A stretch of 64,000 bases of DNA, from contig CM060731.1 in the NCBI GenBank assembly GCA_030704615.1, forward strand, positions 65,720,001 through 65,784,000, read 5' to 3'. The notes beneath the pieces were generated by a model that was not told the origin of the DNA, ran no database searches, and was given only the letters and a program-made list of their open reading frames with translations. Made by a program: the position numbers and the translations under genes. Source of the stretch: Takakia lepidozioides. Lineage: Eukaryota > Plantae > Bryophyta. Shown piece after piece: positions 11,572 to 22,054 of this stretch. The number at the start of each line of letters is the position of its first letter. Position 1 is the stretch's first letter.

Positions 11572-13862
11572 ATGGCTTCCTCTGAAGCGGAGTTCTTCTC
11601 TGACGACAAACTAGTGCCGTTCTTCCAGGAAGTCCTTGACAATGGATTTGCAATTGTTCTGGCTACCCGTTTTCAGCTGCAGAATGGCTCCATCTTTTTG
11701 GAGAAAGAGGTGTACGATCTTAAAGGGAAGTTGTTGAAATATTCTTTCCAAAACCGTGATGAGACGGCTCATATCAGCCAGTGGAGAGTGCGTCCTGGTC
11801 GATACAGAGTACTTGGAGAGCCTCGGCGAAAGTCCCTTGGGTCATATGTGACATCCGGGACTGCTACTTCGGTGTTGAAGACAAGAGGGAGGTGGTGGTG
11901 AAAAAAGAACAGACGTCCTCCACTCCAATCGTTGAGCTTTCGGATTCGTCCGATGATGACATAAGTGAAATTCCAAATCCAGTCCTTCCTACTGTGGTTG
12001 AAGAAGCTGATGAAGAAGAGATTTGTAGTGTCATTCCAAAATTGCGGGCGATGGGAGGAATGGCTGGATTCAAAAGTGAGTTGCGGGGAATTGATTGGGA
12101 ATCTTTGAAGCAGGTGCCTGTGAAGTTCTTGCTGGAGACTTTTGATGGCGATATCCTATTCGTAGTCTGACTTCTTCCTTCTTGGGCCTTTATGCGGGTG
12201 TTTCCCGAACTCCTGTTTAATCAACCTCGATACTGTCTCAACACTCTCCCTGTAATCCCCCTTCGAGACATGATGGTTATGGAATCCGAAATGCACACAA
12301 GCTCTTGTCATTGTTTTCAAACGGTGGACAACATAGTACATTCTTGCTCCGCAGAGCGCCAAGCAGGATGGCACAAGTTTGCAGAATTTGCAGACGAAAG
12401 TGTTTGCTGGTGGAGGGGCAGTCCCAGGCTGAAATGGATTTTCCGCCAGACCCTCCCATTCGCTTTGATTATGAACCCCAGACTGAAGAAAATGTCTGCA
12501 ATTCAAATTATCACACCTAAGGTGTCCATTGCAAACTGTCCTCCTGAAAACAAGCTTGTCATCATTCTGAATATTGGATGTTTTTGTTCTGCACCACGGG
12601 TGCCCGTCGTGTTTCTTGTCCATTCCATGCATCATGATTGTTACACCTCCAACTCGCGGAGGAGGAGGCAGCAATTGCTCTTGGCGCAAGCAAGTCCTTC
12701 TTGGAAAGCCATATTTTGAGTGAAGGGGATTCTGTGGGGACTAAACTTGACGGTGCAACATTGGACCTGGTCATGGATCATTTCTCCACTTTAAATTCAC
12801 CTAACATTCGGCATCAGATCAATGCATTGAGAATGGGCTCTGGAATCAGAGGCTACATAGACAACATTTTGGAATTGAAACGAGTCAGCAAATACGATTA
12901 CATCCAGGACAATGTATTCCCAGGTCAAGGTGCCATCAAAGTTTTTCTTTTCAAAATGTCGACTGTTGGGGAGGGCAGTGGGGTTAGCCTCGTGAAGCGG
13001 ATGCAGAAGACTGGGGACTTGCAGAACTATTTTCTTATGTTTGATCATGTGAAACGAGTGAAGGATTGGACAACAATGGCTTGTCATGTCTACGATCCAG
13101 TGTACCAATGAGTTATGACAATTGCAGTTTGTGACATGCAATCCGAGGATACGGAATCCCAGAAGCTCATGTGGAATTCCCTGATACGTGTCATGGGCTG
13201 CCATCTCCAATTTCGCAGGTTTCATGGCGGATAGTGCTCAAGCAAATTTCAATGCTGTTCGTATTGTCTTCGGATCGGGCGACCCAAAAGTGCCTATGCC
13301 AGGAAGAGAGCGTACATGTCTATTCCATTGGACACAATCTCTGGAAAACATACAAAGTCGGACATCAAACTAGAGATGCAGACTCAGCACCGTAAATTGT
13401 GCAAAAAGTACAAAGATGCTAGAACAATGAAGGAGGCGGACACTTTGTTCCAGACAATTTGTGCCTGGTGGTTCTCTTCTGGAGCTGCATCACTTGAGAG
13501 TATGAGAGCATTGGAAGATTGGCTGGCGTTTTGGCACTTCCGGTATAGACAGTGGGGAGCAACCATGCCATTGGTACGAGGCTTATATTTATTGCTTTAT
13601 TCATACATTTGCTTTCCATTTTATTGTATCCTCGCTATCTTTATGTTGTTTTCTGTTCACTGTTTTGAAGTGTGGTTCTGCACTTTGCAGAACATGTCCA
13701 TTGAGGAAATGGCGGACATGCCATCTTGCAATTTGGCAGAAACTGTGCACAACGCATGGTTGCAGCAGTCTGGGAAACGAGGTCGGGGATTTGTATGTGG
13801 CAACAATAGACGATTTGATACGTGCCTTGCAACAACAAACCCGATACCGTGATTTCTTACGA
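11572..13862 (+). mobile_element. Mutator-like (MULE) DDE transposase pseudogene with GCM/WRKY-like zinc finger, 3'-truncated
   Basis: LMFDHVKRV (D1), GFMADSAQA (D2), CLFH (CxxH), NLAETVH (E); intron 13574-13690; Cys/His finger segment internally inverted. Confidence 0.75.
12164..12672 (-). other. Internally inverted segment of the MULE gene (GCM-like zinc-finger region)
   Basis: Minus ORF PPPRVGG..HPWCRTKTSN..CNGHLRCDNLNC..CKFC..C..RACVHFGFHNH fits between plus-strand FDGDILF and AIALGASK; breakpoints approximate. Confidence 0.75.
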
Positions 13863-14238
13863 GGTGGGTTTCCTCTTTGCTGATTTCAGAAAAATGCTAC
13901 CACAAGATGAAGAGCCATTCATCTTCCCATCGCAAGTTGAGCAAGTTTTCTTTTCAGATGACACCCATGCGTTGGGATGGAAGGTGGTTCTTCACAAGGA
14001 CCCCCGGGCCAAACGAGTCGTGGCCGACGTCCATGATCTGGACCTAGGGGAGAATGCCGACCACGAGGGTCTAAGGGAACCACAAAATCTACCAGATACG
14101 GCCGAACCAGTCTCTTTGGAAGGAGCAGTTACCTTTAATGAGGAAGACATTCCAGGGTCGGTAATTACCGCAAGGCAAATTGCAGATGTGGGTAGTGAAG
14201 GGGAAGATTATTTGGATATAGATAGTGAGCCCAGCTGA
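13863..14238 (+). mobile_element. C-terminus of CACTA TnpD transposase (DUF4216-like region)
   Basis: DEEPFIFPSQVEQVFFSDD..GWKVVLHKDPR followed by an acidic tail and stop. Confidence 0.75.
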
Positions 14239-15065
14239 ATCTCAGTGTCCATTAAGCCAGCAGCTCATAGACGAGAGCTATGCTAAGGACTCTTACTGTC
14301 CTTAGAACCCATTTTGTACAGTTCTGCAAGCGCGCAAGGGCGAGACAGTTAATAGTATCGATAATGTCACGGTATGTGGTCCGTACTGTCTTGTGAACAA
14401 ACCTTTTTTGTTCTGCCAATATTGTTTCTGACATGTGAGGAGAGGATCGTCTTCATGTACGGGAAGTAGACGTGAATGTGTGCATGCATTTTCTGGCCCA
14501 GCTGCATGCTTTCCAGGAACAAAGACCAGTGGAATGGGGGGTGTCTCCAAAGGAGCAGGACCGAACGACACATTTTTGTGCTTCCCTTGCTTTCCTTCTC
14601 ACCGTTGTTGCATTCTCCCACCTGCCCACAGCAGCACTCTCGAAGCAATAGCATGACATATGTTGCAACATGGTCTTCTTCACCAGCGAATGAGCTTTTC
14701 TGCTACATGTACTGCCACGTCTATATTAACGTTGATCCCTGCAAGCACTTGGCAAGACACCCCAGAGCCGCAAATCCAGCAACCACCACAAACACATCTA
14801 ATGATTGTAGTGACACGGGAATAGCTCACTTATAGAGGAATTGAACCTCCAGCCAAATGAATGGCTCCCCCTTGTAGCACAAGTGCGATACAAAAACAAG
14901 GTGAGTACAAAATGAAGAAGCACTTACGAGGTCCCCATCCCTCGGATGGGCTCCCATTTGTGCTCTGGAACTGTGCAGGCCTGACTAGCACCAAATTGCA
15001 TGAATCCTAAGCTTGAATGTCAAATGCAGGTTTATGTCGCGATGCAGCACGCCATCATCTAACCT

Positions 15066-15766
15066 GTAGTTTCCAGTTTCACTGGTGTCACAACTGCCTT
15101 CAAGTCAACATCAAAATTAAGTCCACCTATGCGCAAATCGCAGAATGTCTCATGACACCATCTGCCGCCGCTGGTTTGGCATGATATGATTGTAGTTCAC
15201 AACCTTAATGAACGCTTTCAAGCTTGACCTCTTTGCGATCTTCTTCTGCGACTGCTTCTTCATAATTTATGAAAGGGAAAAGCAACTACACATCAAATTC
15301 TTGCAAGTATAGGGGGGTACTCAGGCCTCCTTGGGAGAAAGAGTGCCATAAACACAGACACATCCTTAAATGTAAAAATTGGAGAAGCGAACGTCTGGTG
15401 GCAATAACTGCCTAAACCAGAATTATACTCCATTCTAGCGCCATGTAAGGTCGGATGATAACTCGGAATCCCAGTTGGAGATAATGAGACGAATACATGA
15501 CTATCTTGCGAGTTTCAACTTTCTTGGAGGTAGTTTCCAGTTTCTCTGGTGTCACAACTGCCTTCAAGCTGGGTTTAGAGGAATTAAGTCCCACTCGCAA
15601 ATGCAGAATGTCTCCCTCATCTGCGTGGGCAAAATGGGGTTTGGCATGATATGATTGTAGTTCACAACCAAAGGGCATATTCTTCAGCCTTGACGTCTTT
15701 GCGATCTTCTTCTGTGACGCCTTCTGCATAACTTGTGAAATGGAAAAGCAGCTACACATCAAATTA
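15066..15766. repeat. Diverged direct duplication (~235-bp block, ~460-bp period) inside the CACTA element
   Basis: 15066-15300 resembles 15529-15766 (GTAGTTTCCAGTTTC..GGTTTGGCATGATATGATTGTAGTTCACAACC..CTACACATCAAATT). Confidence 0.8.
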
Positions 15767-16526
15767 TTGCGATGCCACTCAATGGCACTATGAACGTTTC
15801 GAGCATGCTGTCAGAAAACTAGACGGGCAAAAACCCAATTCAGCAACCTCACATTGCGTGGATACTTGGGAATTGATGCCAGAAGGGCATGCCCGTATGC
15901 GCGCTCCATCGTGCCTCCATCCAGCACATTCTGTAAATGATGAATGACCAAGACCCCGATGTCACACCGTTCTGAGAAGCCACTACGCGCGCTCACAGTA
16001 TACGAAAGCCTTGCCGTGTCAGGATTTCCATTCCCACGTCCCGCCATGTCCGACGCAGCACTTGCATCATTGTCTCTGCCAGGTGGAGGCAACACGTATT
16101 AAAATATCTATTCCCCCAAGGCCACATTTTGTTTACCTCTTTTTGTGAAAACCACGTCAGCAAATGTGCTGCCGAGTCATGGGTGCAATGAATGCGCAGT
16201 GGTTCATGGAGTCGTTGAGTCGACTACATATTCACTTTAATGAATAAATATCTTTATTCCATTAATCGAATTAGGAAAGAAAATTTGTAGTCGCATGTGC
16301 AGTAATTACAACCACTTGTAATTTTGGCTTTTTCAAATTTTATGTATTTACGCAATTCGTAAAATAGCCCGGAATTCTGCTACGACTCCGGAGCCGTTGA
16401 CCCCACTTCTGTCCGCCGTCTGAAATGCCCCCGTGGGCCCACATTGTCTGTTTCGACTCTCCAGTAGTCCTGTTTACTACCAAGTGGTTCCCGGAGTGGT
16501 CGCGGACATGCAGTCGAATCGGAAAA

Positions 16527-16545
16527 GACACGAATGCTTCTAGTG
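16527..16545 (+). mobile_element. CACTA terminal inverted repeat (end 2)
   Basis: GACACGAATGCTTCTAGTG followed by CTT. Confidence 0.85.
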
Positions 16546-16644
16546 CTTCTTTGTCTGAGTCATTCTTAAGCGAGTATATGAATTCACCTGGTTAGGATCT
16601 GAGGGTGTAATTATAGTGTCCCTGATTAGAATTGATAATGTCCT

Positions 16645-17269
16645 TGAATGGCGTTGACGACATTCACATCCGGAGTTGTTGAGAGGTCCTCAGAGTTATG
16701 TAAATTTTTGTAATGTCCATAGAGTTTACAGTGAGGGTTCCTCACTTCATTTTGCTGAATGTCAATGCAGACATTCAGTTGTTTTGCATTGTTTTTGCCT
16801 CTTGCGAGGAATCTGGAGGCTTGATAAGCTGTGTTATGAGAAATCCAAAGTGAATGTCGTTGACGACATTCACTTCTGTGTCTGTATTATTCACCAGCGA
16901 CAATTTGAATTTACATGGATTGGGAGCTAAGTAATTGGTTCCTTGTTGGTATTTTTGTGAATGGCGTTGACGTCATTCACATACAGTGTTGTTGTGAGGT
17001 CCTCAGTGATATGTTTGTTATGAATGTGCATTGAGTTTTCCGGGAGGGTTCCTTACTCGAGTTTATGATTTCCATCCTTTGATTTTGCTTCATTTGAGGA
17101 ATAATTAGGCTTGATTATGAGTGTATTCACAAATCCAAAGTGAATGTCGTTGACGACATTCACTTCTATGTCTGTGTCATTCCAAAACGATAGTTTGCAT
17201 TCACTTGGATTAGGGTGTATTTACAGTATCATTGAATGGAATGTTTTGAATGGCGTTGACGATATTCAC
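16645..17269. repeat. Array of five 22-24-bp palindromes in ~300-bp diverged tandem units (intronic)
   Basis: TGAATGGCGTTGACGACATTCAC-type copies at 16645, 16958, 17247; AAGTGAATGTCGTTGACGACATTCACTT-type copies at 16848, 17138; a sixth copy at 8016-8037. Confidence 0.9.
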
Positions 17270-17411
17270 ATCCGGAGCAGTCGTGTGGTCCTGAAAGGTC
17301 CTTGGAGCAGTTCTCAGAGCCATTTTCATTCTATGTTTTTTTCATTCTGTTCTACTTGCATCTTACTCACTGATCGCTTTGGTGGGTTGGGATTTATCTC
17401 CTATTTTTCAG

Positions 17412-18350
17412 GTACACGAAATATGTGCTTATGGAAAGAGATCACCTGAGCGGAATTCCAGACTATCTTGACATGTGGTCGGACCCTGCAAACGATCCAA
17501 CCATGTATACTGCAGGGATATTGAAGGACTGGAGTCCTTCTCACTTCAGAGACTGTGGGTGGTACCTTGACTGCCCACCGGAGCACACGACCTTTCAAGA
17601 ACAGCATATGAAATACTTGAACAATAACGCTGAGATGCTGGCGCCTTTGACTGACGAAGAGTACCAACGAAACATAGCAACATTGGCTGCCAAGGAGCCT
17701 GATGCTCAGGGAACGCCGCAGAAGGGAAAGAAGGCGGGCCGCAAACCAAAAGACAAGGCTATTGATGTCATAGCCATCTCACCAGCAAAGCCAAAGGACA
17801 AAGACAAGTCCAAAGAGAAGGAAAATGACAAGGGGAAGGAGAAAGAAAAGGAGATGGAGAGTGGGCAGGACTTTACTGTTGGAAGATATACCCGCACTGT
17901 TCAGTGCGTGTTCGATGCCAAGCCAGACCCTTCCCGTTCTGATTCGGCAGGAGAGATGAAAATTGTTAATGAGGGTTGGCTGTCGATGATGCAGAGTCGA
18001 AAGAGAGGATACACTGGGGTGCCTTCGCCTACCTGGGACAATATAATCTCATTCCTCAATCTGGTGAGAATTCCAGTTTCTTTCCTTTTTCTCTGAAAGT
18101 TTCGTTGGCAGTATTTCAGTCTCGTTCTTTGAAAACATTCTTGCCATCGTTCTTATAAAAAACATGTCTGTTGCAGGTGAGCACAGGTCCCACCTTCGTG
18201 TGCGGTGTGCAGAAAACATATGCGGCCGACATTGTCATTCTCGACATCCCGGATGGCCAGGCTGTGCCAGAAGTTCTTCCAAAGGGCAAGACGTCAGGCT
18301 GGAACAAATTCGAGGACAACTACTGGAGTTGGGTGTTCGGGTTCTGCCAG
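17412..18350 (+). pseudogene. 3' half of the ParB-like gene, with a degenerate amino-methyltransferase-like segment; truncated
   Basis: Acceptor TTTTTCAG at 17411; exon 17412-18063; GT-AG intron 18064-18176; ADIVILDIPDG..WN..WSWVFGF resembles the DLIxxDPPY region of N6/N4 MTases. Confidence 0.55.
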
Positions 18351-18410
18351 AGGGGAGCAATGCCATCAAGAAATGAAGGGTGACTTGAGCTCACTGGAAT
18401 CTGGGTTTGC

Positions 18411-19186
18411 ACGGGATACAATGCGGTGTTGGCAAAGCAATTCCTGGCAGTCTACTTCCTCCTTACAACGCAGCCATACAAAAGCTGGGTTGGGCCGAAA
18501 CATCTTTCCCAAGAAGGAACAGTGTAAGGGGTCATAATCAGGCAAAGCGAAGCGCGTGCCGCCCTCCAACTTCTGCTGCAGCTTCTTCCATCTCCCCTCC
18601 ATCACCGCTTGGCCATAATGGAAGAAGGGCTGCTTCGCCGCGTCCATCAGTCCCCCGTATTTGACAGCCGGTTGTGCGTAGCCAGTCATGATTGTCCGAA
18701 GTAAGGTGGTTGCCCGGGCTTGTGCATCCTGGGATACACCGAGTGTGTTCAATCGAACAAACTCCGCCATTTGATGGCAACGCGCTCGTCTTCCACAACC
18801 GCCCAACCGAGTCGAGTGCTAGCATGGCCTGTGATTTTGGAGAAAGTGAAGAGCATCACGAGGAAGTCAGCAGCGGAGGTGATTGGAGTGTAGTGTGGCC
18901 AGTAGTAGGCGAGATCATGAGCTGTTGATCCACTGCCATTGACCACAACATGCCGGATGGTTCCATCTGGATTATTGGGTGATGTCACTATCTCAATGTA
19001 AGCATCTTGCGAAGAGTTCTGTTGAAACTGGTGTGCATCTCCTGCCCATTTGAATACCCCGGATTTGATGAAACCTGTCAAGTCTGGATACGGCGAATAA
19101 TAAGGGGTAGCCGAGATGATGCTCGTTGGTGTGGACGACTGGGGCGAGGATAGGGCGGAAGCTTGGAACAAGTGTGTCGAGCCAGT
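18411..19186 (-). pseudogene. TAR: Tryptophan aminotransferase TAA1/TAR (alliinase C-domain) fragment, intronless and frameshifted
   Basis: GSTHLFQA, TPYYSPY, IEIVTSPNNPDG, HDLAYYWPHYTPI, FTFSKITGHA (PLP lysine), RLGWAVV, PAFVWLRC; both ends missing. Confidence 0.9.
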
Positions 19187-19727
19187 TCGTGGCGGATGCT
19201 GACATGGCGCCACGTCAACATTCAACACCATGGCAACCTGCTGGCATCACGCTCACGCCACGTCACCAGTGTGTGAGCGTACTCACGCGCGAGGCGCATA
19301 GATTACAAAACTGCTACACCTGCTTACTCATCCCCTGCCTTCATTGCTTGCTGCATCAGTATTGATCCCCTGCACATCTTTCTAACTAATGATTACCTGA
19401 ACACAGATAATCATTTCTCTCACTTTCAAAACAAAAACCACAAGTGCTAAAACTAAACTCACCTCTGGCACTCACAGATGCATCTCTCTCGAGTGATAAG
19501 AAAGAACTAAACTCAAATAACAAGAGAAACACAAAACAGAACACCATCACTCTTTAAAATAATAGTCGAGCCAGGGGCACCCCAAGCTATGGGGACTCCA
19601 CCCCACAACAACCTATCCTCCTTTCATAAGCACACTCAGGTTCTGAACGGTGAAGGAGCTCGGTCGTGCAGGCTCAACTCGAGAGAGATGAGCCGCACGA
19701 CTGACGCTCTCGTGAAGATAAGACGGT

Positions 19728-19817
19728 TCAGGTGTCAAACTAAACTTGACACCTGACTTAACACTTGAACTAAATCCAAGTGTTAAATACAAATAACTAA
19801 CTTTATTCTAGTTAGTT
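19728..19817. repeat. Three adjacent perfect hairpins
   Basis: TCAGGTGTCAA/TTGACACCTGA, TTAACACTTG/CAAGTGTTAA, AACTAACT/AGTTAGTT. Confidence 0.8.
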
Positions 19818-21429
19818 TCACACTGTGTTTATTTAACTTGACACATGTAAACAAGAACAAACTGAAGCAACAAAAAAAATAAAACAAATGGGCAACGCAT
19901 ATTTAAATGCTCAACAAATGTCTATTTACTTCATTCTCTCTATACCATTACATCATTCATCAAGAAAATTTTCTTCGTCAATACATCACTAATATTTGAA
20001 GAAAGCACATTCGTACTAAAACCATCACATTTCTTTAAAGATCTTCCTCCAAATTCCACAAATATGAAATGTCAATTGAACATTGATAGATATGTAGATC
20101 GTCCATAAACGTTTGAGCATTTTTGTCTTGTTGAGACAATCATGAAATATAATATGTATGATTTCCAAGAACTTCGAAAACATATAATTATTTGATATAT
20201 ACATCATTAAATACACCAAAATCCAAAAATTACTATCAAGAATAATAATACTTATTATTATCTTTCCAAGCACCAGAAATTAGTTTAAAAGACAATTATG
20301 CTACATGACATGACGCTTTTATAATACACAAATTCACAATTGAATGTACGTGCAAAAATCTTACACATAAATTACCAAATAATGACACAACTTATTGAGA
20401 ATGGCACGATCTAGAATAAAAAAACAAACGAATTTGCAGAAATCGAAAATGCGCATATGTGGACTGATCTGGGTGGCACTCAGCGCACTATCCAACTGTG
20501 CTACAGACTGGTGGTAATGTGGCAATGGATAATGTGGAGCTCCGGGCTTATTAGGTTACTCATGACTTTTGGACATTTTTCTTCTTTTTCTTGTCTTCTA
20601 CCAGGAAAGGGGACAGAGGCCCTTAAATTGTGCAAATAAAATGTGGCAAGGAAAAAAACCAACCTTGCAGGAATATCATAGTGTCAGAATTAGTGGGCAC
20701 CGCTGTAACCAAGAGTCACTGTACCATAGAGAAGGGGAAAGACAATTGAACCAGGAAGAAATGGACAGTGCGCGAAGAAAGCGAAGGGCTAGTAAGCTGA
20801 GTAGCTAGTAGCTACCCCTTTTCTCTACAAATTGAATGCCCTTACCCTCTAATTGTCCTAGCAAATCTTTCTTGGCTCCTCTCTTCTACAAATCCGAAAT
20901 GATGTTTAAATCTTATAGTAGGAGAAACACAAATCTTGGTGTGTGCAAACATGGTGTGAAAAATGAATTGTTCACAGTACTTTGTTGAAACTAGACAAAA
21001 ACATCATTTGAAGCTGAGATAAATAATGGTTCATAGATTGGAAATGCTGAGGGTTTACATAACCCTGTATAGATTTCAGCAATGGCATGCAAAAGTCTTA
21101 TTTTGTTTGATGATAATGGACTTATAAGTAATACTTTTTTAATTCAAAAAAAGATAACAATTGCAAAATGGTGTTGCAATTTACTACATGAATGTTTCTA
21201 ATTCAACACTTTTGCAAAATTTAACCTCCAACTTTCAACTCTGTGTCGCAATAGGCCCTTACCAAATCCTGGTACAGTGTTTGGGTGTGGTATGTTCTTC
21301 TCCCCCTTCCCTTGGGCGGTGTCCCATGAGCAAGCCTTCATGGCGAGGTTACTCTGAAAGAGGTTAGTTTCTCCTCTCACTATAATTAAGGGGCCTGATT
21401 TGTGAGCTGTCGCTCCCAGGTGTTTCCCT

Positions 21430-21950
21430 TTTAAAAAAAGGTAAATAATAAATAAAAATATATTGTGTAGTATTTCCATTCCTTTGACACCTCTTTTGTG
21501 AGTCTGGCAGATAATGTCCTCCAGCAGAATATATTGCACTGTTGAATTGCACAAAAACCCATGCGTTCCAGTTTGGAATAAGTTACCGAAAAAATATTTG
21601 CAACCCTGGTTCTTTCCGTGGGCGACGACTTCAATAGAAAGTGAAGGAAAGGCACCTTTGCATGCCTTCATAGTTTTCCAACAATATTGGGTGGACCAAA
21701 GAAAATGAGATTAAGCGCCCCATCGAATGGCTCACAGTTTCCCAATCATGGAAAACTGCTAACTGTTATGACAGAATTCCATCTTGGGTGGCACATGTGC
21801 TAAATTGTTGTGACATGAATCATTTCAATTCTATGACCGCAGCTCTTAATAAGTAGCTATAGCACAAAATATGACTGGTGTCCTTCGGAGGAGCCAAATT
21901 GTGCATAGCACATGCACCTATCCCCAACCATGAGAATTTCGAATTTGCCA
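21430..21950 (-). mobile_element. Highly degenerate hAT-like transposase remnant
   Basis: GIGACAMHNL (CxxH) followed in another frame by CHPRWNS (like hAT TRWNS). Confidence 0.35.
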
Positions 21951-22054
21951 TTTTCTTGTTGTGACGCAAACTGCAATTGCAGAACTTCAGAAGAATGGAG
22001 GTTAGGCAGGCATCAACGCCATTGCCTATTTCTATATACTCTATATAAATCAAC

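Noticed and set aside
9909-17269. Calling the palindrome arrays true CRISPR arrays
   Set aside because: Eukaryotic intronic context, no cas genes, degenerate repeats, and related spacers in the second array
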